Positions 38,339 through 51,377 of a DNA stretch of 64,000 nt are shown here, one piece after another (position 1 is the stretch's first letter; each line of letters starts with the position of its first letter). The notes under the pieces were generated by a model. That model had not been told where the DNA came from. It made no database searches and was given only the letters and a program-made list of their open reading frames with translations. Made by a program: the position numbers and the translations under genes. The DNA lies in contig NC_059426.1 of NCBI RefSeq assembly GCF_021028975.2, positions 70,060,001 to 70,124,000 of the forward strand, in the 5' to 3' direction. This stretch comes from Sphaerodactylus townsendi (lineage: Eukaryota).

Positions 38339-39274
38339 TTATGAGAAGAGTTTCCTTCTCATCAGTCGTCTCAGTGCCCCCTTCACTTCTTTGTTTCTTA
38401 AGCTATAGATAAGGGGGTTCAACATGGGAATCACAACTGCATAAAAAACTGACACAATTTTGTCAAAATTCAATGAATGAGCAGAGCTTGGTTGTAAGTA
38501 CATGAAGAAAAGGGTGCTATAGAAAATGACAACTGCTGTCAAGTGGGAAGCACACGTTGAGAAGGCTTTGTGTCTCCCATTCACGGAATGTTTCCCAAAG
38601 ATAGTGGACACAATGTAGATATAGGAGACAATGATTATTAGAAGGGAGCTGGTTAGGTTTATGCCAGATAAGACTAAAAGCTGTATTTCTTTAGGCTGGG
38701 TATCAGAACAAGACAGAGCAAGAAGGGGTGGGTCATTGCAGTAGAAATGATTGATGACATTTGATCCACAGAAGGACAGCTGAAAAGTTAATACAGTTTG
38801 AACCACTGAACTCACAAAGCCATAAATATAGACAGTACCCACTAATACAGTACATAGTTTCTTAGACATAACTACAGAATAAAGCAGTGGGTCACAGATG
38901 GCCACATACCGATCATATGCCATGACAGACAGTAAAAATAATTCAGTCATTACAAAACCATCAAACATATAAAATTGAACAGCACATCCGGCAATGGAAA
39001 TTGTTTTTTTCTCAGCTAAAAAGTCCACCATGGCTTTGGGAGTAACAGTTGAAGAGTAACCAGCATCGACAAAAGCCAAGTGGCTGAGGAAGAAGTACAT
39101 TGGACTTTGGAGCTGGGAGTCCATCCTGATTAACCAGATTATCCCCAGATTTGATCCCAGAGTAACAATGTAAATTACCAGAAACATGAGAAAAAGGATA
39201 ACTTGAAGTTTTGGATGGTCTGTAAATCCCGAGAAAACGAACTCAGTCACCTGTGTTCGATTTTTCACAAACAT
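38339..39274 (-). CDS. Olfactory receptor, class II (OR5/OR8-like), intact, 311 aa
   Basis: NRT site, [67 protein letters not shown]. Confidence 0.96.
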   Translation of the reverse strand: MFVKNRTQVTEFVFSGFTDHPKLQVILFLMFLVIYIVTLGSNLGIIWLIRMDSQLQSPMYFFLSHLAFVDAGYSSTVTPKAMVDFLAEKKTISIAGCAVQFYMFDGFVMTELFLLSVMAYDRYVAICDPLLYSVVMSKKLCTVLVGTVYIYGFVSSVVQTVLTFQLSFCGSNVINHFYCNDPPLLALSCSDTQPKEIQLLVLSGINLTSSLLIIIVSYIYIVSTIFGKHSVNGRHKAFSTCASHLTAVVIFYSTLFFMYLQPSSAHSLNFDKIVSVFYAVVIPMLNPLIYSLRNKEVKGALRRLMRRKLFS

Positions 39275-40244
39275 ATTTTCGTAGGTCTTGTCCTGGTCAG
39301 AAAGTAGAAAAGGAAATCTGAAGAGAAAAAGATGGTTGAATAACAGGTCATTGACATTTCAGGCAAATGCAGCAGAAATATCATTGTTCAGATGGCAAAT
39401 CCAATATTACAGTTTTTTTTTAAAAAAACTGCTGCTCAAGATTAGGGATTAGGATAAAAAGATGCACCAATAAAAATATGGCAAGGAGGGTAGCATTGAA
39501 AATGCAATGAGGTTTTCATAATTGCCTCCTCACTATTTTTATTCTGCTGGGTTCTGTATAGCTCTAATGCTCCAAAAATGCCACAGCACTGAGGCTAATT
39601 GTTGTGCAAACATTCTTTCCAGGATTTGCATTTGCTGCTAGTGACACAATGCCTCAAGATGTGATGTACCACTGATGGATGAGAACAAGTACCTGATCTT
39701 AGGAAGGGGCCATAAAGCTGTTTCTTATGTTCTAATACCAGACAAAAATCACTACAATTATAGCTGTTGAGCAAATTACTCCATTATTAATTTAATTTTT
39801 AAAAGTTATTGTAAAATCACCGCTTATTACCATTAATGTAATATTTCTTCATCCCAGTTGTTTGAATTATATTTATCAGTGACTGACTGTCATTCAGCCA
39901 TGTATTTGTTCACAATATAATGTTCTTCCTTGTGCAAGGAGATGTATTATGTTGATATTCACATTTAAAAATATAGCCTGGTATTCCTTTCTGGACTGTC
40001 CCACTTTAGACTACAGGACTTTGGACTACAGGACAAAATACATATTTGAATGATGTCCATGCAAGTAAAGCATCTTTCTTGCATATACCAAACTAACATA
40101 CATTATGCCTGATATGCTATTTTTAAAAGGTCGATGTGTTCTTCCATGAGGAAGTATTTAAAAATGCAGTTCTCCGCCTGTTAACTGAAGCAGGATAGTC
40201 TAGAAGGGACTTTGTTATATATTTCTCTGAACATGTAGAACATT

Positions 40245-42136
40245 GGTTCTGGTTGGTTTTCCGGGCTGTGTGGCTGTGGTCTGGTGGATTTTGTTCCGAA
40301 TGTTCCGAATGTTTCACAGAGAAAAGTCTGTTTCACACTGTGTCTAAGTGAGAAGGGAAAGTTTAGTGTGGTATATTGTCCATATCCCAGGGTGGGGAAC
40401 CAATCATTAAGTGTTTGGGTAGAATTTGCTATGCAAAGGTGTGGTTGAGTGCATTGTATTGCGGGTGGGGTTATCAGTCCATTTTTTAAGTACTGGGAGC
40501 CAGGCTTTGCTAATTTTTAACGTCTCTTCTTTCTTATTGAAGTTGTCCTGGTGTTTGTGAATTTCAATGGCCTCCCTGTGCAATCTGACATAGTAAGCTT
40601 CTGAATTGTCCAGAATTTCAGTGTTCTCAAATAAAATATTATGTCCAGTTTTGTTTAACACATGTTCTGCAACTGCAGATTTTTCAGGATGGTTAAGCCG
40701 ACAGCGTCTTTCATGTTCCTTAATACGGGTCTGAATTCTGCGTTTTGTGGTTCCTATGTAGACCTTTCCACAGCTACAGGGTATGCGATATACTCCTGCA
40801 GAAGTGAGGGGGTCTCTCTTGTCCTTTGCTGAGCGTAGCATTTGCTGTATTTTCCTGGTGGGTTTGAAGATGGTCTGTAGGTAATGCTTTTTCATCAGTT
40901 TCCCTATTTGAAACCTATATTGAAACCTGCAACTTGGTTCCGATTTGTGGATGACATTTTTACAATCTGGAGCCATGGTGAGGAGGAACTGCTGAGTTTT
41001 CTGAACTACCTTAACAGCATCCACCGAAACATACAATTTACCATGGAAACTGAAAAAGGAAATTGCCTTTTTAAAGATGTGTTGGGTCTTTTGCTGACCC
41101 AACCACCCATTGGGCCACACAGTATACAGAAACCAACACACACAGACCGGTATTTACATAAAAACGCCAATCATCATCCACAACGGAAAAGGGGCATAAT
41201 CAAAACTCTGACAGATCGTGCAAAACGAATTTGTGAACCTCATCTCCTCCCTGATGAAATCAACCATCTAGACTGGGCTTTGCAGGCTAATGGCTACTCC
41301 ACTACAGAAATCAGAAGAGCTTTAAGGCCAAGAAAAACCCAGAGGACTGAGGAGAAACAGTCCACCACCGGAAAAATATTTCTACCATACATCAAGGGAA
41401 TCACAGATCAAATAGGGAAACTTATGAAAAATCATTACCTACAGACCATCTTCAAACCCACCAGGAAAATACAGCAAATGCTACGCTCAGCAAAGGACAA
41501 GAGAGACCCCCTCACTTCTGCAGGAGTATATCACATACTCTGTAGCTGTGGAAAGGTCTACATAGGAACCACAAAACGCAGCATTCAGACCCGTATTAAG
41601 GAACATGAAAGACACTGTCGGCTTAACCATCCTGAAAAATCTGCAGTTGCAGAACATGTGCTAAACAAAACTGGACATAATATTTTATTTGAGAACACTG
41701 AAATTCTGGACAATTCAGAAGCTTACTATGTCAGACTGCACAGGGAGGCCATTGAAATTCACAAACACCAGGACAACTTCAATAAGAAAGAAGAGACGTT
41801 AAAAATTAGCAAAGCCTGGCTCCCAGTACTTAAAAAATGGACTGATAACCCCACCCGCAATACAATGCACTCAACCACACCTTTGCATAGCAAGTTCTAC
41901 CCAAACACTTAATGATTGGTTCCCCACCCTGGGACATGGACAATATACCACACTAAACTTTCCCTTCTCACTTAGACACAGTGTGAAACAGACTTTTCTC
42001 TGTGATACACCTCTGAAGATGCCAGCCACAGATGCAGGAGAAACGTTAGGAACAAAATCCACCAGACCACGGCCACACGGCCCGGAAAACCCACCAGAAC
42101 CAGTTGTATCTGGCCGTGAAAGCCTTCGACAATACA
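40245..42136 (+). mobile_element. Penelope-like element (RT C-terminus plus GIY-YIG endonuclease), 5'-truncated, with inverted 3' duplication
   Basis: ORF 40884-41912: WFRFVDDIF, IQFTME, KPTHTDRYL, GVY.I.CSCGKVYIGTT (GIY-YIG), REAIEI. Arm 40245-40910 is the reverse complement of about 41409-42104. 12-bp TSD atgtagaacatt at 40233-40244 and 42137-42148. Confidence 0.93.
42010..42050 (+). ncRNA. Minimal type I hammerhead ribozyme motif in the Penelope pLTR
   Basis: CCT-CTGAAGA-T-GCC...GGA-GAAA-CGT-T-AGG: CUGANGA and GAAA core boxes, stem I CCU/AGG, palindromic ACGU stem III as known for PLE hammerheads. Stem II has one mismatch here (GGC in the copy near 25050). Confidence 0.7.
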
Positions 42137-45015
42137 ATGTAGAACATTTCTTATCAATGATGTTGCTATATAGGGATGTTGCTAATTGGCATCATATCTA
42201 TATGTAACATCTAGTATATGCTTGCTTATGTGATGCCATGATACCGCAGAAGACAGAAGTGATACCGTAAGTGATATCAGAACTTAACTAGTCTGAGCCA
42301 TTAAAAAAACACACACACACACACGTACATACACACAATGATGCACATGTGACAGGGGTCTATGGTGCCTTAAAGACTACCACAATTTTATTCTAGCATA
42401 TCAGAATAAGTGTTCTACTTCATTAAAGCTTATGCTGTAATAAAAATGTTGAAAGTCTTTAAGATGTCTCTACATTCTTCTTTAAAATAATTAGCTCTCT
42501 GGAATTAATGCATTCATATCAAACAGTAACATGTTGGTACAGACTTAATTGGAATATGGAACATTGTACTCAAGATAGCAGGGTTTGGACTGAATGCCCT
42601 GTTCATACAAACTTTGTTTCCACCCTTAAGTAGATTGATTTGAATTATATTTACTTTAAAAAAATGTTCCTCAGTAATCAGTGGGTCAGTGAATTGTGGA
42701 CCAAGAAATAATTTGTCATATTTTTCATGAAGGACTCAAATTATTTCAGAGGATGACAGCCAACCAACTGGAAATGCTGCTCTACTTTGCTCATAACAGC
42801 ATTATTATAGATATATTAACCTACCTTGTAAAAGTTTTCTATAAATTAAGGTTAATAAACAAACAGATCATAAGACAGACATTCAAATGGAATTCAAAGA
42901 ACCGCCAACATGACCTTCATGACCAGTAACTCTCTAAACAGGAGCTTCATTTAACAGAACTCACCTTCCTGACTCACTCAGTCTTCTGAAAAGCTCCTCC
43001 TAAGAATGGGAGGACTCTCAAGAATAGCATGATATGCAGCTTGGGTGCTGCATCTCAAGTGGGAAAATCTGCAGAAATGGCGGATACCTACTTCTGTGAG
43101 AAAATGTGCAGGCCTTAATTGACCTGTCACAGATACTTTGTGGGATGTCGGGTAAAAAGTCCATCAGACTGTACCTCTACATTCAAGCTACTTTCTAGTG
43201 AAATCACTGCCAAGACTGTAAAGTTATTTGAGTGGTTTTGCATTAGTATCAGAGAGACAGAATTTTTTACAAAATGAACATACATACATTTAGATGAAAG
43301 GGTATTTAATATATAAAAATTCAATGGGTTGGAACTAAAGGTCAATCAAAATACTAAAATATTCTATTAAAATATTTTCAAAATGTTTAAAAAGATAGAA
43401 CTAAAAATAATTCACTGACCGAAAGGCAAAAATCTTTACTTTCCGATCACCAATTGCGAGAAGGCTCAAAATTCACCTGATTTAAGCACTGGTGGTTCAC
43501 AGCATGGAGAATAGATGATATGGGAAGGAAACAACAGGATATTTATCATGGCTGTTTAGTATCCTCTTGAGGCCTTGGGCCCTCATATATCTCATTGCAT
43601 AAGGCTAGAGATAGCCAGCAACTCAAATGAATACTCCAGGTGTCATATTATACCCCCCCCCCCCGTCTTGTGGGATTTAAAATAATTAATTATATGATTC
43701 TGCTTGTTTTTGTAGACTGAACTATACATGAATGATATATTATGTGCAAACCTCTCAATACCAATGGCTTTTATGTAAAGCAGATTGTGGAGAAAGTCAC
43801 AGAACAGTGTGTGTGTGTTTGTGAGTGTGCTTAACTCTTTTTTTGCTCACTGTTTTTCCATCTCCAACTCCATCATAAGAACATAAGAACATAAGAACAA
43901 GCCAGCTGGATCATCTCTAATAATTTTTCTCCTATGGGATAACAAACAGGTTTGGCACTCTCTGTTGATGATCAAGGTCTGGAAAACAAATCATGTGAGA
44001 AGTTGAATTGTCAGGTTTAGCCTGATGAAAAGAAGTACTGTGATCAGGTACTTGCTCTCATCCACCGGTGGTACATCACATCTTGAAGCATTGTATCATT
44101 ACCAGCAAACGGAACTGCTGGAAAGAATGTTGGTGCAACAATTAGCCTTAGTGCTGTGGCTACTCTCCTCTCAACCCTCCTCACTTGCTGACCCATTTTT
44201 CTGTGCAGTAAGAAAAAACTAAGTAGGTCTGTTGGAGACAGGTCAACTAAATGCTTCTCAATGGGAAGTTGTTTGGTCTTCTGAGCGGCTAAGAAACTTG
44301 TACCTGCATAGCTATGGAGATAGCTCATCAATTTTTTTTTTAAAAAAATAGGAAAACCATATAGTGGCAAAATCGGGAGGACCAGCTGAGTACAACTATG
44401 TACTTTTTGGGCTGAAAAGGCACCCAGGATTGGAGCCTGCAGAGCAAACATTCTGGGGCAACCTTCAGAAAATGATGGCAGAGAGAATCCCTTCAGCTGT
44501 ACACAAAATCTCAGGTGCAAGCTGAGGGTGAAATTGACCACAGAGCAAAACCATTGGGCAGGAAAAATAAGATGCCTCTTGAGCTCTGCATTCTGTACAG
44601 CCAGGCAGGAGACCTCTTGCAGGCAGCTCATGGGGAAAAGCTGCACTTTGAAGCATTCTCCAAAAATACACCTTGAACTAAAATAAGCTGTCCTGAGGAC
44701 ATCTTGGGAAAAAACTGTGCAAAGTGCCTTCCAAGGACACTTTTTAAAGCATTCCCAGAACATCTTATTTAGGCTGTGCAGAATGGACTTCTGATTCTCA
44801 GTGTACATATGTTGTTGCTTGCATTTTTAGAGGCTGCAAATCTGTGTCAACACCATCACTCTGTGCCTGCCACCACGAAGAATCTATCAGAGGAACAATT
44901 TTGCATCCAATGGCTTACAGATTTATGTCTTCATAGACATATGAATAAATCAGAACCTGTTCAGTTCCCTTTGAATACAGCGAATGCATGTTAAATACAA
45001 AGAGACCATGGTGAA

Positions 45016-45319
45016 AGTCTAGTCTAGAACTAGTATGAAGCTGTAGTGACCCCTAACAATTTCTTGTGTGTGAACAAACACTGGACAATTGCTTGTGTAG
45101 GCCACAGATATATTGATTCAGTACAAAATCAAGCAAGCCATGATTTGTGTGCATATGTAAAACTCCTGATTTTTGTTGTTTTGAAATAAGCACTTTGATT
45201 GCTTGATTTTGTACTGAATCAGTATATTTATTGCCTGTGCAAGCAATTGTCTGGTATTTGTTCACACACATGAAATTGTCAGTGGTCACTAAAGCTTCAT
45301 ACTAGTTCTACAGTAGACT
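45016..45319. mobile_element. Foldback/MITE-like element with about 120-bp inverted arms
   Basis: tagaactagtatgaagct...tcagtacaaaatcaagcaa mirrored by ttgcttgattttgtactga...agcttcatactagttcta. Confidence 0.75.
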
Positions 45320-46575
45320 AGGCAGTTACAACCTTCATGGGCACTGAATACAGATGACAGGGTTGACCTAATGACATCTGGCCCAAAGTTACTCAGTAAA
45401 CTTTAATGGCAGAGTGGGGATAAGAACCTGGGTCTTTCTGATTTTACTCTGACACCCTAACTCACAGCCAATTGGCCATGCTGGCAGGGGCTGATGGGAA
45501 TGGTAGTTCATGAACATCTGGAGAGCCGCAGGTTGCAGACCTCTACCCTAACCATTACACCACACTGGCTGTCAATGCATTAAAAAGAGCCCCCACCCAA
45601 TTATTTCCATTAATTCTCAGCCACCAGACAACTCCTGATGGAAGTGGTGGATAACCTTCAACTACCAATCATCAGGTCAGTGGGTGGGGGTGGGAGTAGA
45701 AAAAATCAACCAAACCAATACAGGGAATCACAAAAGTTGAGCTGGAAACTATATTTATCACAAAAATAAACATATTTATTATCAAGTGTAAACAAGTATA
45801 AGTTAAAAACACAAAGCATGAAAACCAGGTTATACCTTAAAAATCCATAAAGCAATGCAGTAAGAGCAGGATAATGTATACAGCAAACAAAATAACATAG
45901 AGTGATATAATCCACAGTCCTGTTGCTTTTATAAAATCTCCTTTCTAAATTATTCCATTATCATGTAGCTCTGTTGTCTTTATTAAAATGTCCTCTTGAA
46001 CCATTCTGCTTTACATAGTTTGCAGAATGACAAAAGTGTAGGGGCTTTCCTGACATCCTCTGAAAGGACATTCCACAGAAAATTCTATCTGCAGTTGTTT
46101 ATCTTACACATTTGTTGGATGGCACTATCAGAATCCTGGAGTTAATGATTTAGTTTTGTGTTCGATTTGTAAATCATTTTAAAATGTTTTTATAACTGTG
46201 AATTGAATATTGGGAGTCTCGTTTGGCATCAGTTTAATAACTTAATACTGTAAGAGACAGGTTCCTACAGCAATAGCTAAATTTCAAGCATAGAACTGCA
46301 GCAGAGTTTTTAGGGAACTAAATTAATTTGTTCTCCAGACCAGGTATAGAAAATCACAACCTCAACTTGACTACCCTAAAACAAATAAGAATGCTGAACA
46401 GTTAGCTACAGATGGTATGGTAGGCGTTCTTGGTTTGAGAACTGTGTTTTGGGTGGCAAAGTTTTCTGTTTCCTGTACAAAAAAATTATGGAAAAAACAA
46501 AGTTGTATTTGCAGTTTCAGGTGTCAACAACTGGAAGAAAGGCCCCTATGCTTCTTTAATTCTGCAAAGCATTAG

Positions 46576-46958
46576 AGAGCAGCAGTGGCATAGTGGTTAA
46601 GAGTAGGTGTACTCTAATCTGGAGGAACCAGGTTTGATTCCTTGCTCTGCTGCTTGAGCTGTGGAGAATTCATGCCTGTTCACTCTGGGGAATTCAGATT
46701 AGCCTGTACACTCCAACACACGCTAGCTGGGTGACCTTGGACTAGTCACAGGTGTATGGAGCTCTCTCACTCCCACCTACCTCACAGGATGTTTGTTGTG
46801 GGGGGGGGGGAAGGGAAAGGTGTTTGTAAGCCCCTTTGAGTCTCCTACAGGAGAGAAAGAGGGATATAAATCCAAATTCTTCTTCTTCTTCTTCTTCTTC
46901 TTAACTGCTCATCTCTGGCCATCTCTTGTTCTTGTTCTTGTTCTTCTTCTTCTTCTTC
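46576..46958 (+). mobile_element. tRNA/CORE SINE with double (CTT)n tail enclosing a 24-bp transduced segment
   Basis: Full SINE body, CTT tail, then ttaactgctcatctctggccatct (46901-46924), then a second CTT-like tail. Absent from the paralogous block near 4245. Confidence 0.88.
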
Positions 46959-48194
46959 GGAAAAGTTGTTTGGGATTTTTATCAAGTTAAGGAAAACTGG
47001 ACAGCAGTCTGTCCATCATGATCTTAAAGCACCACTTTCATTTTTTGTGATTCCATTTTCTGCATTGTTTGACATAGCATGTCTGATACTTTTTTACACT
47101 TTTTGAATCTTTGTAAGCCTAATCTTTGTAACTTTAGAGATCTCTCATGCTGTTTGATTAAATTGCTTTATACGATATAATCCACTTTTGAGTGTATAAA
47201 TATAGTGATGGATGACCCCCCCCCCCATATACTCGTTTGCCCCCCTGATAAAAATTATCTGGGTACGAGCCTGTTTGCAACGGAGAAAAAAATAATTTTT
47301 CTGTGGCACTTTGCACACTTACTGTTTGCACTGCAGCTGTGTGCTTCACAATGGGGTTTCCCTGTGGGTTTTCTTTTTGATTGAATTACCCTGCTGTAAA
47401 GCATCCCTAGCCGAGTTGATCTGCCTTTTGCTCACCTGCCCACTGTTGCCTTGCTTGCTTCCTTCCAATCCCCTTTTTTGGTACTTTTTTTGTTCCTCAA
47501 TTTTTGATCTATTGTTGTTTTGCTGGATTACAGAGGGTCCTTTGCTCCAGTGGTAGATTTTCATTGTTATTGTTTTTTAAAGAAAACCCCTTCTGATGGA
47601 ACTACTCACCTCCTACCACTTCCCTGATTCAGTTCGCTGCCACCTCTTTTTGTTTGCTTGTTTGTTGACTTTCTCCAGCATTACTTCACAGGTACAGTCC
47701 TTTACTCAATCAATAGTCCCCTAGACTTCATTAAAAATAAAATAAAAAAGCTCTTCTGATGTATGTGAAATGGCAGAACTTACATGGGGGTAGGCAGGCA
47801 AGGAGTGAGAAAATCCCGAATGAGAGTAAAGCAGCTTTCTCTGCTTCTGGAAACCATGGGGATTAGTTCATCTGTGGTACCGTCAGTTTGGGAGTAGGGA
47901 AAACGTGCATGCAATTGATAATCTACCTGAAGGCACTGTATTCTTGCCCTGAAGAGATCCAAGGTATGTAAAAGCCAGTGACAGGAAAAATGGCTAGAAG
48001 GTTTTCTTTTCATTTGCCCTAATTGCTTTTATAATTTTATTCATTGTATTTGTTAGAGCTCCCAGGCAGATCTTATTGTCACCTTCATCTTTTAATAAAT
48101 GTAATTTAACCATATTCAGATTTTGAATGGGGCATCCACATCCCTGTGACTACTAACTTGGTCCTTTTAAGTCTAAAAGGATTACACAAATAAA

Positions 48195-49481
48195 TCTATA
48201 TCTATAAACGCAAAATACCACTCACTGACTCACTGACTGACTCATCAACAAAACTCAAAAACCACTGAACCTACAATGTTGAAATTTGGCACACCGGTTC
48301 GTTATGTGGTTTAGGTGCTCACTAAGAAAGGATTTTTCAAAATATTCAGTTTTACTTGAGTTATTACACATTTTCTGTTTTAACTAAGAGCAGTGGCTAA
48401 GAGCAGTGGCTAAGAGCAGGTGCACTCTGATCTGGAGGAACCGGGTTTGATTCCCAGCTCTGCCACTTGAGTTGTGGAGGCTTATCTGAGGAATTCAGAT
48501 TAGCCTGTGCACTCCTACACATGCCAGCTGGGTGACCTTGGGCTACTCACAGTTCTTCTGAGCTCTCTCAGCCCCACCTACCTCACAGGGTGTTTGTTGT
48601 GAGGGGGGAAGGGCAAGGAGATTGTAAGCCCCTTTGAGTCTCCTACAGGAGAGAAAGGGGGGATATAAATCCAAATTCCTCTTCTTCTTCTTCTTCTTAA
48701 CTGCTCATCTCTGGCCATCTGCGTGAACATTCTAAGGGCAAACCAGCCCCTCAGTCCACAGACATGCTGAACGAACATTCTAAGGGTGACAGTTAAACAC
48801 CACTATCTTCAACAAACAGGCTGCAAAAAAACATGCTGAATGGCACCCCGAAGTTAACAGACAGGCTGTGAAAAAGTACTCCTCCACCCACCCTCACATT
48901 AACAACACTGCTACAGCCAAATACAATCAAAACAGATTACAAACCACACTATCACCTTGGACTACTAAACATTTGTCAGGTCTTGCATATGGACATCAGA
49001 TTGATTACTGTGCAGACAAGTTTACTGCTCTTGGCCTCTGATCACCCTGTGCTTGGTGTCGTGCTCTGATGTGGCGGGATGAGTCCCCAGGAATGTGCTG
49101 CAGTGGCGGTACAGTCCAGCTCCCTGCCCTTGAACCCTACCCTGAACCTCTTCACAGCCTTCTCACTCATCAGCATCCAATGGCAGAACACTTCCTTTCT
49201 GCATCCTGAAAATACAACAGCTGCTTCCACATGACGTCTTTTGGAGCCCACCAGGTGAAAGAGAGCAGTAACACATTGCATTAGAAAAAGACAACTACAG
49301 GAAGCTGCGGCAAAGTATGTGAAAACAAACCCATCAGTCCACAAACAAACTGTGAGGAAATATGCTGCATGTCACTCCAAAGTTCATAAACAGGCTGTAA
49401 AGAAGTATGTTGAATGTCACCCCGAAATTCATAGAGAGCCTCTGATGAAGTATGTGTAGTGAAGCACAGGTGCCCTGCTAG
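48195..49481 (+). mobile_element. Non-autonomous Helitron (family B) with an internal SINE
   Basis: A|TCTATATCTATAAA start, (CTGA)n/(CTCA)n microsatellite, 3' gtgtagtgaagcacaggtgccctgCTAG|T; no TSD. Confidence 0.75.
48386..48696 (+). mobile_element. tRNA/CORE SINE nested in the Helitron
   Basis: Full body and CTT tail; TSD ttaact at 48380-48385 and 48697-48702. Confidence 0.88.
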
Positions 49482-49559
49482 TGTATGTATAAATAGGTGA
49501 CCGAAAAAAGCACTTATTTAAAGTAGCCAGGCATTCTTGCACTATTTTTTTAATTTATT

Positions 49560-49965
49560 TTGTGCTGAATTTCCCCTACTGCATCTTCTGTTCCATTTCA
49601 CCCTGGTTGAGCACTGTTTTCCTTTTGGGAGAAGACTGAGCCAAAGAAAGTGTTGAGTTGTTCAGCCTTTTCTCTGTCCCCTGTTAGCATTTTGTCATCT
49701 TCTCCGCAGAGTGACCCTATCATATACTTTGTCTTTCTTTTGCTACAGACATAACAAAGAAAACCTTTCTTATTGTTTTCAGCCTGTTTAGCAAGGCTAG
49801 GCTTGTTCTGCACTTTAGCTTTTCTGATTTTCTCCCTATACATCCTGGTTATTTCTTTGAATTCCTCTTTGGTGATTTCCCCCCTTTTTCATTTCTTGCA
49901 CATGTCCCTTTTAAATTTTTGCTCAGTTGAAAGGTCTTTAAACATCCATCCTAGTTTCCTCAGAC
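49560..49965 (-). mobile_element. CR1 LINE ORF2 fragment
   Basis: REKIRKAK...NNKKGF..YV.SKRK...[17 protein letters not shown], typical CR1 EN-RT linker. Confidence 0.82.
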
Positions 49966-50226
49966 ACGTCTCGTATAATATAAACTGTAAAATTGCCATA
50001 TTAAAATAACACATACCACAGATGATTTGTAACAACAATAGGCAACTATACTTTATCCAAGGCAATGTTAAACCAACATCATGGCACTTCAGAACACTTT
50101 TACATATCATCTATAAATCTCCTTCTTGGGTCTCACTGAAGTGTTGTCATTGTCCTATAAGACTAATGAAACTGAGAGAAGGGATGGATCACTGTAACTT
50201 CCTGTGAAATGCCTTTCCAAAGCATC

Positions 50227-50525
50227 AGAAGAAGAAGAGTTTGGATTTATATCCCCCCTTTCTCTCCTGTAGAAGACTCAAAGGGGCTTACAATCTCCTT
50301 GCCCTTCCCCCCTCACAACAAACACCCTGTGAGGTAGGTGGGGCTGAGAGAGCTCTGAGAAGCTGTGACTAGCCCAAGGTCACCCAGCTGGCATGTGTGG
50401 GAGTGTACAGGCTAATCTGAATTCCCCAGATAAGCCTCCACAGCTCAGGTGGCAGAGCGGAGAATCAAACCCGGTTCCTCCAGATTAGATACACGAGCTC
50501 TTAACCTCCTATGCCACTGCTGCTC
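50227..50525 (-). mobile_element. tRNA/CORE SINE
   Basis: Full-length copy homologous to 25293 and 48386. Confidence 0.88.
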
Positions 50526-50921
50526 AAATGTTACTGGAACAGGCTTCTACCATTTGAACCTCTCTGCAAGGGAAGGAGAGGAAGATTAAGCCTGATGATT
50601 GGAGTGGATGCAAATATTCACACAGGGTGAGGCTGGCTAAGAAGGACTTAGCATTAGTCCTAAGAAGGACACAAGCATTACAAATTTATCCGAAATACTG
50701 GCAACCATAATTATTAATTATTCCAATGAAGGTGTTATATGGCAGAAAAGGTATGTCATGGTTAAGTTTGAATGATACACTGATTTTCATAAGAAAACAA
50801 TAACTGTGAGGAAACAAAGTGAGATGGAGGAAAAATGCATTTAGATGATTTGCCCTTTTCAAGTAAAACCAACGTAGAGTTTTAGGAAGCTTTAGAAAGC
50901 TGTGGGGAGGGAAGACAACAT

Positions 50922-51095
50922 GGTACAGCCCAATCTCATCAGAAGCTATGCAGGGTTGGTACTTCGATGAGAGGCCACCAAGAAAGACTCTGCAGAGGAG
51001 GCAATAATAACCACCCTCTGAGTCTCATTTTCCTTGAAAGCCTTTTACTGAGGTTGCCATAGGTCAACAGTGACTTGATGGCACTTTAAACACAC
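50922..51095 (+). mobile_element. Diverged 5S-rRNA-derived SINE with Sauria/RTE-like tail
   Basis: gcccaatctcatcagaagctatgcagggttggtactt resembles the 5S internal sequence; 3' gttgccataggtc...gacttgatggcac-(ac)n tail. Confidence 0.6.
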
Positions 51096-51377
51096 ATGGG
51101 AAGATACGAGTTTCAGTGAAATAACTGGGGGGGGGGGGAAGGTTGGGCTTCTTGATTCTTTATCCTCCAACTGCCCGTTTATCTGCTCAGACTCCTCCCA
51201 AGTTGTTTATCTCAGATGGAGGAAATGATATGAATATCTTTGTTATGTCTTTCCCTCAATTTTCTTTTAACCAAAATCAGACTCAGGAAGGGACATTTAG
51301 CAATTTCACTTCTGTTTTCTTTCCATTAACCTTGCTTGCTTTTTCACTTGACAAGATAAAATCCACTTCATCACTTA

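Noticed and set aside
40407-41141. Second GIY-YIG ORF as an independent nuclease gene
   Set aside because: It is the inverted duplicate arm of the Penelope element fused to antisense RT sequence.
44044-44808. 254-aa minus-strand ORF
   Set aside because: No recognisable domain; lies in probable non-autonomous transposon-like sequence; likely a chance ORF.
50922-50990. 5S rRNA gene; tRNA genes at SINE heads
   Set aside because: Degenerate, truncated and fused to SINE tails; not functional RNA genes.
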